NCBI GenBank assembly: GCA_051362555.1
Contig: CM120641.1
Coordinates: forward strand, 7,998,001-8,062,000
Length of the DNA stretch: 64,000 nt
Origin: Lingula anatina
Taxonomy: Eukaryota > Animalia > Brachiopoda
Reading direction: 5' to 3'
Both the position numbers and the translations under genes were made by a program. A model generated the notes under the pieces. That model was not told the origin of the DNA, did not search any database, and worked only from the letters and a program-made list of their open reading frames with translations. Below are positions 26,014 to 38,000 of the stretch, in pieces; within the stretch, counting starts at the first letter, position 1, and each line of letters opens with the position of its first letter.

Positions 26014-27416
26014 CAACTGCAAGCATGCTACTCAGGTCAGGTTTAAGTGGTTGAAGTGAACATGATAAGATTACATGATATTTTTTCCCTTATGATAGCC
26101 AGTGAAGTTCAGTTTTCTCAATTTTAGTTTGACATGTTGCAAAGACTTGACTTACCACGTATTTTTTGTTTGGCAAGTTTGGAAAATGGTATTATTCAGT
26201 CAACTTGAATGTGAACTGGTAGCATGCTTTCTTTTGAAGTCTGGTTGTGTAGAGAGGAGAAGAGACAGTTCAACCTATAAGAACCAACAAGTCTTCTCAT
26301 GTTATGCATTTTATATAGTTGTTTAGTTTTAAGAAGGTTTCTTACAGATATATTTTTATACGGGAACTTTTTTCCGCAATTTTTATTGTACAAATTAAAT
26401 GATTTTTGTACAGATATCTATGTTTCTATGAGCTTGATCTGCCACTATTTATTTTTTCATGTTTCGTAAATTTTGATGGAAGATGTAAAGTTTTTAATAA
26501 TAATTCTTGGATCAGAATTAAAGCTTTCCAAGGTGTTAAGGGATCCCACCTTGCTGTTTAAATGATTAAAAAATCCATCAGTAATGACACTTGGGAGTGC
26601 CAGGCCCTCGTGATGTAACTTATCCAAAGGGGTTGAACACCCAAGACAGAAGTATGTCCAGTTCACCGATAACCCAGGCATTTTGTCTCTTTTACACACA
26701 ATACACTTTTAAGTAATTTGTGAACCAAGTAACCAAATATCTTGGGGCCCCCTTTGTCCCAAATGTTTAGCCAATGTAAGCTGTACATCGAAAGGCGTAA
26801 GTAAGCTCAGTACTTCTGCCATATTTCATGGGCGCATTTTCAAAATGTCAGGGTTATCAATAAACTTGACATACTTTTGTCTTGGAAATTCAACCCCTCT
26901 TGTTGCCTTGGTCCCCACATCATTCTTCATGTATTTCATTTGTATATAAATCATCGTAAAATATTATTTTTGATTTTATGTGCCAAAATGTGTCATTTTG
27001 ACAAGTTATTTTACAAATTTAAGAAAACTTCTACTTCCGTTTGTAATCACTTGGTAGATATTTCAATTTTATTTATTTTTAATGTAATTATTAGGGGATC
27101 CTAGATGCATTTAATCTGCCTTTTCTTCAAAACAGCAACAAGTAGAAAAAGAGAATTAGTAGTGCATTACTTTTGGTGCTGGCACCCAGACTAGGTATAT
27201 TGGGCAAATTTTTTAATGTTCACATATTTTAACATTTAAGGCAGCCTTTTATCTTGCACAAAATTGTAAGTGCTCCAATAACATTTTCACCGTGGTAAAA
27301 TAAAACACCTAAAATTTTATAATATTATTTTTATTATCCAGTGTGTTACACCTTTGTTTAAGCATCTCCTGTCTATGGTAACTACTTAAAATTTTCAAAC
27401 ACATCAGTTATATATA

Positions 27417-27963
27417 CTGACAGTCAATGAAAACGCATCATTTATTTATCAAATAATATTTTAAGTTTATTTGGCAAATTAAGAAAATGACAGTTTTCGT
27501 GCGAAATATGACCCATTATTCAGTCACACAAGGTGAAATAAAAGTCGGAAAAGATCATTAAAAAAAAAAGATCATTAAAATGCAAGGTCACGTGATCAAA
27601 TCTCTTTGGTTCCGCCCAGCCTCCAGCAACCCCAGGGCCCGCAGTCGCCCTTCCAGTGTCAGACGTGGCATCACTGAACTTTGTCATGTGTCATACTGGA
27701 TTTGGTGATTACCTTAAATAGGCTTAATTAATCACCATATATTGAACCTGATTAATTCACACCAATCACGCGATAGGGAAAACACAATTTTGATCACAAA
27801 ATCACTGAAGCGGGAATTTTAAACATCTGAATGGTCAGTCCACTTTCTTATGACCAAAAAATTGCATTTGTACTCATTTATATGGTTGGAATCGATTCTC
27901 GGTAAAAGTACAAGAGTACAAAAGTACAAGAAAGTTTTCTTATGCATTTTCATTGACTGTCAG
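27417..27963. mobile_element. Tc1/mariner-type MITE
   Basis: TIRs ctgacagtcaatgaaaacgcat / atgcattttcattgactgtcag flanked by TA. Confidence 0.75.
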
Positions 27964-28124
27964 TATATATCTCTGGTATCTGTCTTTTTCAAGGATTGTC
28001 ATCTCAAGTTACTGGTGTAATGTACTTTCTGATGCAAAGCCATTATTTTACGAAACTTCTGAATCACTACTTAAATCATAACTAAAAAATATTGTTCTGT
28101 GAAAAATTATTGATTCAAATTTAT

Positions 28125-28850
28125 CTAGAAGATCAGAGAGACGATACCGCCTTGGGGTATTGTACCACCAGCTGGAGTAAGCACATTTGTATGGATAACA
28201 TAGGGACACCACCTCCAGTGTTGTGCTTGACAAGCTCTACAAAATGCAATAAACAAGATTTCACAGTTTTTTTTGTTCAAAATAATTTATAACAAAATCA
28301 TGGGGAAAAGTTAAAGGTGCAGTTTATGGCGAAAATAAGGTCAAAGGTCTAATTCAAGGTCACAGGTAATCTGTCAATATATGACATAACTTTTCAAGTT
28401 CAGGAGTATCTATGGGCATATCTGTGCCAGTTTTGGAGATATAAGGGACTTAAAATTTGCAGAGTTCAGTTCATGGTGAAAAATAGGCCAAAGGTCAATT
28501 TCAAGGTCACAGGTTGCCAGTATATGACTTCCTATTCAAGTTCAATAGTAAATCTGGGTGTAACTCTGCCAGTATTGGAGATATAAGGGCTCTAGCAAGA
28601 GGTCTCTAGCAATTACAATTCCAGAATTGGAGCTTTTTGTTTTTGGCATCCAGTGACGCCTTCTCCTGTGATAAGGCACCGATTGACCCCAAACTCACAA
28701 ATATGAAAGATGACCCTAAGTGTGACCCCTGCCCATAATATTATAGGTTGGGGTTGTGTAGTTTCTGAAAATCGTCACAACTCGTTGCACAAATTGTGCA
28801 AAAAAATTCCCATTTTTAGAAAATTTTGGCCCCTTTGACCTTGAAATAAA
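28125..28850 (+). mobile_element. Degenerate HINE/Helentron-like family 1 copy
   Basis: Head ctagaagatcagagagacgataccgcc..ttgtaccaccagctggag plus about two satellite units. Confidence 0.7.
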
Positions 28851-29035
28851 ATATATAATAATTGATCTATAATTTTTGAAAATACTTTTTCAAACAGCCT
28901 TCATCTGTTGATGGGATCTTGAGACCTAGATGGTCAGCAACACCATTTGGTATTCCTAATCAGTCTGCAATGAGATGTTCCACTATCAGTCTGCTTCTAT
29001 TTCATTTTCATATCAGTAAATACCCTTGCGTCTTG

Positions 29036-32000
29036 TTAATTTCTCTCTGATGAGAAGAGTAATTCAAGGGGATGATTAAACATTGGCAATAGAGGAAGGT
29101 CTGTCAAACGTACCTGCAAGACAACACAAGTAATTAGTTATGGTAATTTTCACAGGCTTTCCATTGTGAGTTGTGTAAATAATTTAATTTCTTAATTAAC
29201 AAGGCAGCAAAGCTGTCAAATGTACAGACAAAAAGCAGGAAATAACAAAATAGGCTACTGTCAATTCTGATGCAAAAGTACATTATGTTAAACTGCAAAT
29301 TCAACATCAAATTTTAATTATGCTCAACAGATAATACCAATGTAAGTAAAATGTGAAACAAGCATAAGGCTTCAGGCCCATGGGAGTTCAAGTTCACACT
29401 TTGAAAATGTAAAACTTCCAGAAAAAGAAGTCAATTAGACTGCTTTTCCAACTCAGGCTGCATTTTAGTCCTGTATTTCTTTTTTGAAAGTTTGGCAATC
29501 ATAAGTAACATGGTTTTCCCATAATGGTCATCATGGCAGCAGCACCCAAAATTGTGTTTTCTTCTATTCTGATGCAATATTACATAATGGTTAACAGCAT
29601 AATGATAATCAATTTTTAATAACAAAATATATGTATCATGGATTTTCAGAAAATGTGACTAGCCTGGGTCTCCAAGCCTGTGGAACTTCAAAGTCACACC
29701 TTGAAAATGCCAATATGTGAAAAATTAAATTTTCACAAAAAAACTGTTTATCTGGCAGATTGCATTGCCTACTGAAGCTGTATTTTAGTCCCATGTTTCT
29801 TTCCTGTAGTGTAAGTTTGAGAACAGTAAGTGACATGGTTTTTCTTAAAAGGTAATCATGGGAGCAGTGCCCAAAATAGGTTTTTTTCAAATTTTGATGC
29901 AATATTACATAATGTTTAACAGCATAATGACCATCAATTTTTAATAATAAAATATTAGTATCATGGATATTCAGAAAATGTGACTAGCAAAGGTCTTCAG
30001 GCCCATGGAACTTCAAAGTCACAACTTGAAAATGCCAAAATGTAAACAAGACAGCACTGTTTTGAAATGTCTTTATTTTTCCATTTTTAACACTTTTTTA
30101 ACATAAAACAAAATTAACAGTTTACTGCCATTTTTATATGATCAACTAAGAAAAATGATGAGATGTGAAAAATATCAATAGAGCAGTGTTAAATGTCCAA
30201 TTTCTTCCATTCTGAGATTCTGAACATAGTGAATGATTGAATCTGACAAATTGCAATGATATGAGTTTATTTCCATTTTTGAAACTTTATTACACAATAC
30301 ACGATAACATGTTTACCATCATTTTTACAAAATCAACTAACAATGTTGTAAAGATACAGGAAATGTCAAACAAACACTTTCACGTATCTTATTAGTTTAA
30401 TAATGAGACTGTTAACATGCCTAAAAATTGAATCTGAGGAAATGTGAAAAAACAGCATACCTTCTAAAATAATGGCCCGATTATGCTGATTTACGAACTC
30501 ATCCTGCATTTTAGTAAAATTGACCACTCCTGTGACTTTCATGACAATTGGCCCATCTGTTTTTCTTATATTGTGTTAGCAGTGTTGCATATATGCTGAA
30601 AAGTGTAAAAAACAGCATAACTAGTAAAATGGTGGCCCGATCATGCCGATTTTCGAACTTGATCTGCGTTTTAGTAAGACTGATTACTCCTGTGAGTTTC
30701 ATGACAACAGGCCTATCGGTTTTCCTTGAAATGTGTTAACAGTGTTGCATATATGCTAAAAAGTGAAAAAACAGCATATATTCTACAATAATGGCCCGAT
30801 CATGCTGATTTGCGAACTTGACCTGCGTTTTATGAATATTAGTCAGCTCTGTAAATATAAAGCCAAAAAGTAAAACTGTCTTCCACTTATGGTGTTAACG
30901 CTGAAAGTGCACGGCGACGGCGACATGATCGGCGACGGCGACGACAGACGCAGGTGATGGCAATATGTACAGACACATCTGTGTCTGTACATAAAAATCT
31001 TAATTTAAAAATAAATAATATAATATCTGCAAAGTAATAAGGTAACTTTAGTCAAAATAAGAAAAATGTTCTTAAATGAATAAAGTTGGCAATTGACTAA
31101 TGATAAATATAGATAAAATGCTGATGTACTGAGTAAATACACTCAATTATTCACCTAATTATCTGCACATTAAATTTCAGTGGCAGTGCTCAAAACGGCA
31201 ATACAATGGTGACACGCATAACATTGTGAATTTGTACTCATGTGCAACAGTTTTAAGAAAAAACCACTACAAAAATATCAGTAACTAAATTCTTTCAGCC
31301 TTTGTTCAATGCCTTACAGGACATGTTAGCCTGTCATTATTTCTGACACCACCAAACACCACCAAATCTCCCTTCATTTTATGCAGTCGCAAAATTTTTC
31401 ACTGACATGATTATTATTCAATAACTTAAACAATCCCATCATGCTACTATTCGAAACAAATTTGGATTTTTTACAAAAATAAAATATGGCTTTGGACTTA
31501 TGGGGAAAACTTCACCAAAAATAGCTGCAAAACATGTGATGTCTGTATACAAAACATTGTGACTTACCCTCATGAAATCATGAGCAACTCCAACCTTGTC
31601 ATTAAAAGAATCGTTGAATTCAGGTACCCTCCCATATCGTTGGCTAAAGTGGGTGAGCAATGTAAATTTAGCATTCATTTCCTGCCCAACCTGAATGGCT
31701 TGAGAAGTAGTACTGAAACATACATTTCACTTTATACAGTTTTTTGTCTTCATGTCATTTTCCATCAACAGATTAAAACAATGCGTAACACAGCCAAAAA
31801 GTAAAAGGATAACAACTGTTCATTTTGGCCAAAAATGAATTTTCGTGGGATAAACAGCAATTTTCTCATATTTACCAATGGTTAAATGAATTTCTACATC
31901 CAAAGTAAGTCCGTTTTTTTTTTTTTTTTTTTTTTTCCTCTAAAAAAATTCCTTTTTTGTAATAATCTCCTAGGAGTTTACAGAGTTTAGCCATCTATGG

Positions 32001-35000
32001 AGGTCACGTAGTCAGATGGCAAGCACAGACTTCAGAATAACTGCTATAATTGCCATTTTTTGTGGTAAAATATATATATTTTTATGAGTTGTTTACAATG
32101 TATTTACTGTGAAATGTAGTTCTCAATGAGCTCATACAAAGAGTACTGTTGTTATCCCTTTTAATTTCCAAAAATTTTAATTCAACTTTAGTCTGCCATC
32201 TTTCTTGTTTATTAAATTTTTTATTTGGCTCAAAAAGTAGCTTTAACGTTTGTCAAAGAGATAAACAAGTGTAATATGGCAATATAACATACACACAGAC
32301 ATAACAAGGCAAGAAAGCTGTCAAATGTACAGATATGAAAGCCAAAAATGATTTACCAAATAGGATATTAAGCCCAAAATCTATGGGGTTCAAGTTGATA
32401 TTATAAGTGACCTAATTCCAAGAGAAGAGGACACAGGTTCCTGTAGTCTTAGAAGAAAAGCCGTATCAGTGATTTGAATCTGCCGACATGATGCAGAGCA
32501 ATACAAGATGGGTTGAGTCTTGAAACATGAGTACTGCCAGAATTCATGCTGGTGGTACAAATAATCTAATAAGGCCACTTTTCCAATTAAAGTTATATAC
32601 AGGTAAAATGGATTTTCAAAAAACATAAGTAACAGCGACAAAAGATGAAGCTGATGGCTATATGTACAGACACAAAAAAAAATCATAATAGCACTCATCC
32701 ACAATTAACACTTTTTCATTTAAAAATTGGGCAACAGTAATGTGAAATATCAAGCAAATCTTAAATAAATCTTCATTTTTCACTTACATGTATTGCCTAA
32801 GTATAGAAATTGCATGGTTTAAATCTATATTTTTGCCAAATATTCATGAAATGGAAGTAATGAACAGCAATTATGGATTAGGATATTCTGACTCTGTAAG
32901 ATTGTGTCATCTGAAGATGTGATGTCAAGTTAAGCTGGCTGGTCATTTTTATCTGGATGTAAACAGGAACTGAGACGCAAGTACAAGTTGGAGTGGATTT
33001 TAAGGCAGGTGTAGAGACAACTAACCAACAGATAACATCCCAGCTTACAACTATTTCTGTCCCATTGAAAAAAGATTCTGCCTTTAAATAATATAGCACA
33101 CTAAGCTGTCAGGTATGCAGGCATGTGTCATACCAACTTAAGTGCACCCTACAAGAGTGAAAAGCAATAGATTTTAAGTTGTTCAGCAAAGTTTTATTTC
33201 AAATTATCTTTAAATAATGAAAAATAATCTACAAAACTATGTCATTAAAACACTGTTAACAGTGCAATGCAACTTAAGCAACAAATGATTAAGACATAAA
33301 CAAAAACAATTGTTCGAAAATTTAAATATAACTGCAACTACCTTCCGCTGCCAATATAGTTTTATTTCTCCCAACAATTTTTGAACATGCAGTCACCATT
33401 AACAGAAGTGGATTAAGGCTGTCTTCAGGGTCTTCTAGAAGATGGTCAGATTTTCAAGTTTATATTGACGGGCATCTAATTTTTTCTGTCAGAAGATGGT
33501 CAAAAATGGAGGATGGATCAACAAAGATAATATGGAAGACTGTCAGAAAATATCTCTGGATCCACCCATGATTGAAGTATTTTGCCTGAGTGGCAGTTGG
33601 ACAAGAAGGTCTACTTTTAGAGTCAAAGCGCTTTGTCATACATGCATTTGGCAGATATGATATTCCCTCACTTACAATTTATTCCCCATTAGCGGGTAAA
33701 ATCATTGACCTACCACAGAACTTGAAAAAAAGACTTCAGGTTTCCACTCAAGCCTCAGCTTTGGCAGAAATGATATTCCCTCACTTGTAATTTATTCCCC
33801 ATTAGTGGGTAAAACCTTTGACTTACCAAAGAACTTAACTAGAGAGCAAGGCTGACAAATTACAGACACCATACAGGAAAAAAGGTAGCAAAGTTGTTAA
33901 ATGTTCAGACATTACACAGAAAAAAGTGCACAAAATATTGTTTTGGCCAATTTTGATGCACTGTCACATAATGCTTTAAAATAGTATAATCATTCTTACC
34001 CTCTTAAATTATGTACTATTATTTAGGGGACATGGACACTGAAAAACCAGCAGGTGATTCAATTCAACATGATAAAAAAGCCACTGAAAATGCTGTGTGA
34101 AAAAGAAAAATTTCACACATAAAAAAACAGAATAATTACCCTAAATGTAAACTGATAATGCTGATTTTTGAAGGCAACCTTCCGCTTTACAAAACAAAGC
34201 CACTCAGTAAATATAAAGTAAAACAAAAATACAGTTTGGCAGTTATGGGGCGAACGTAACCATAATTGTGCAAAAAACAGAATAACTAGAGGATCAGAGA
34301 GGCGATACCGCCTCCGAATATTGTACCACCAGCTGGAGCAAGCGCATTCGTATAGACCCCCACATACACAAAAGAAGGGACACAGCCACCAGTCTTATGC
34401 TTGACAAGCTGTAAAAATGCAATCAACAAGAATTTTCAAAATATGCAAAAAATATATATAACTTAAAATGGTACAATCAAAGTTAAGTTCATCATAAGGT
34501 AGGTCAAAGGTCAATTTCAAGGTCACAGTAAATTGCCAGTAAATGACTTCCTATTCAACTTTAATGGTAACTATGGACCTATCTCTGCCAGGTTTGGAGT
34601 TAAAAGAGAAAGAAATTTGCAAAGTTCAGTTCATAGTGAAAAGTAGGTCAAAGGTCAATTTCAAGGTCACATTTAGATTGCCAGTATATGACTTTCCAAG
34701 TAAGTTCAATAGAAACTATGGACCTATCTCTGCCAGTTTTGGAGATAAAAGGGAACCAAAATTTGCAAAGTTCAATTCATGATAAAAAGTAGGTCAAAGG
34801 TAAATTTCAAGGTCACACTTAGATTGCCAGTATATGACTTTCCATACAAGTTCAATAGAAACTATGGACCTATCTCTGACTTCCTATTCAAGTTCAATAG
34901 TAACTATGGACCTATCTCTGCCAGTTTTGTAGATAAAAGGGAAGAAAAATATGCAAAGTTCAGTACATGGTGAAAAGTAGGTCAAAGGTCAATTTCAAGG

Positions 35001-38000
35001 TCACAGTAAAATTGCCAGTATATGACTTCCTATTCAACTTCAACAGTAACTATGGACCTATCTCTGCCAGTTTTGGAGATATAAGGGACTAAATGTTTTA
35101 ATTTTGGAGTTACCATAATGTGCCATAAATTTCCTACAGAAAAAATTAATTAAAATAACGAAAACATCATTTTGGTCGAAATTCTTGAAATAAGAGGTGC
35201 TCTGAAGTTCCAGATGTTCACATTTGATGAAATAATGTCATTTTTGACCACAAGTTGTCTGCTTTGCCAAGCCTTATGTTTTATTTTTCCGGAGTTCAAA
35301 ATTTATTATCCATTACAGTACTGCACATTTTGCTTTCACCACCAATATGTGCCAGTATATGACTTCCTATTCAAGTTCAATAAAAACTATGGACCTATCT
35401 CTGCCAGTTTTGGAGATAAAAGGGAAGCAAAATTTGCAAAGTTCAGTTCATGGTGAAAAGTAGGTCAAAGGTCAATTTCAAGGTCACAGTAAGATTGCCA
35501 GTATATGACTTCCTATTCAAGTTCAATAGTAACTATGGACCTATCTCTGCTAGTTTTGGAGATAAAAGGGAAGCAAAATTTGCAAAGTTTAATTCATGGT
35601 GAAAAGTAGGTCAAAGGTCAATTTCAAGGTCACATTTAGATTGCCAGTATATGACTTCCTATTCAACTTCAATAGTAACTATGGACCTATCTCTGCCAGT
35701 TTTGGAGATAAAAGGGAAGCAAAATTTGCAAAGTTCAATTCATGGTGAAAAGTAGGTCAAAGGTCAATTTCAAGGTCACATTTACATTGCCAGTATATGA
35801 CTTCCTATTCAACTTCAATAGTAACTATGGACCTATCTCTGCCAGTTTTGGAGATATAAGGGACTAAATGTTATAATTTTGGAGTTACCTTAATGTGCCA
35901 TAAATTTCCTACAGAAAAAATTAATTAAAATAAAGAAAAGGTCATTTTGGTCGAAATTCTTGAAATGGGAGGTGCTCTGAAGTTCCAGAAGTTCAAATTT
36001 GATGAAATAATGTCATTTTTGACCACAAGTTGTCTGCTTTGCCAAGCCTTATGTTTTATTTTTCCAGAGTTCAAAATTTATTATCCATTACCGTACTGCA
36101 CATTTTGCTTTCACCACCAATATATACTTTTTGATACAGCGTAGCTGGAAAACCATATGAAATACAAAAAAACGGAGACCACTCTCAATGTTGGGCTTTA
36201 CATGCTCTACAAAATGCAAAAAAGAATGGGTCTCTAGCATTTATGGTTCCCGAATTAGAGACAGTTTTCAGTTTCGGTATCTTATGGCCGCTACTCCCGT
36301 TAAAATGCACCGATTGACCCCAAATTCACGGAGATGAAAGATGACCTGAAGGGTATCATTTTCCAATAATATTATTGGTTAAGTCTGTGTGGTGTCTGAA
36401 TAACAGCGCAAATAATTTTTTTTTCGTAAAAAAGTTCATTTTTTTGAAAAATTTGGCCTGTTTGACCTTGAAATAAAGGTCAAAAGTCAAATCCAAGGGC
36501 ATATTTAAAATCTGCACATATGACTTTTGGAAAGCCGTCTGTAGAAATTTTTCCCATAATTCCTTCTGTAGGGTAGATAATTAGCATTTAATTTTGCCAT
36601 TTTTGGACAAGGGTGCATTGCAATGAATGCCACACCTAGACCCCAATACCGACAAAGCCCAAATTTTACGTGGAACGAGTTGAGATTATAGGTGACCTAA
36701 ATCCAAGAGATGGGTATGGGGGCCCTTACCGTCTAGGAGGAGAAGCGGTAACGGTAACATGGCGGCGGAGCCGGCGGAACGGACCGGACGGGACTAAAAC
36801 CATGTGTACTGCCAGCGCTAACGCTGGTGGTACAATTATTACCCTAAATGTGAACGGATCATGCCAATTTTCAGAAGGCCTCTCAGTAAATTTAAAGTAA
36901 AACAAAAATACGGCTTGGAAGTTATGGGGTGAACATCACCAAAACTGCGCAAAAAAAAAACAGAATAATAAGGTAAATATAAACTGATTATGCCAATTTT
37001 TTAAAGCAACCAACCTGCCTCTTTACCAAACAAAGTCACTCTGTAAATTTTAAGTATAACAAAAGTACAATTTGGTAGTTATGGGGCTAATGACATGTTG
37101 AACAGCGAGAGAAAAGGTGACGGTGACAGCGAGGGACAGACAGACCAATCAGAATATATACAGGCACTTACAGTATCTGTATATAGAAATGACTTCTTGT
37201 TCCCCATCAAGTTTCAGCTCCGCTGTACCTCAGGTTGTAAATGACCAGCCACCTCGCACACTACTTTACATCACAATGCAATAGGTTAGAAAACACAATC
37301 GTAATATCTGGAGTCCTTAATTATGTAAAGGTTTTAACAATCTGATTCTACAATTGCTGTCATCTGTTTGGCTAAAAAAATTTCATTAAGGGGACATTAA
37401 TTACCAATGTTTATGAAGAACTGCCAGGTCTTTTTCCTCTTCAGAAAATGTAGCCTCATGGATTAGAACATCACAGTCTTTGCCTAAGTCATAAAAAAAC
37501 AAAGAGTTAAATAAAATCTTATGAGTAAAGATACATATTTAGTGAGACTTATGTCAAATTTTGAAATCTGTGTACCTTGATCAGTCTTTGGGGAAATTAA
37601 ACATGTAAGAAGTCACTTCAATTTTTATATAGCTACAACTTACCTAGTGCTACCAAATTGCGAGAATACTGTGCATCCCCTGAGTAAACTAAGCTCCAGT
37701 TTTTTTTGTGCCTCAATAACAAACCAGTAGCACCTCTACAATGCCCCACCAGTGTTGTCCTGAACTATAAAACAAAACCTCAAAATAACAAAGGTTCTTA
37801 TTTAGCAATTTAAGGTTTATTCTGGAGATCCACAGAATATCTTTACTTTGTCGAGTGACCAGAATGCTAACCCTGCTATGTTTTTTCCTTTAAACTTTTT
37901 TTTGCTGAAATGCATTCTTCAAGCTGAAAAAAGCAAAATTAGGTTTGGCTGCTACATCTGAGATATTGATCATTTTTCAATATCCTAAACTCTCAGAAGC

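Noticed and set aside
32390-33090. Possible decayed DNA-transposase fragment (SWSGF-like peptide, + strand)
   Set aside because: Too degenerate; no termini or unambiguous motif without a search.
34490-35860. Regularly spaced repeats resembling a CRISPR array
   Set aside because: The whole 146-bp unit repeats with no unique spacers, no cas genes are present, and the context is a eukaryotic intron.
34543-36144. Recurring short ORFs (MTSYS.., MVEILE..), also at 51-52 kb
   Set aside because: By-products of the repeat unit; frames are not preserved between copies.
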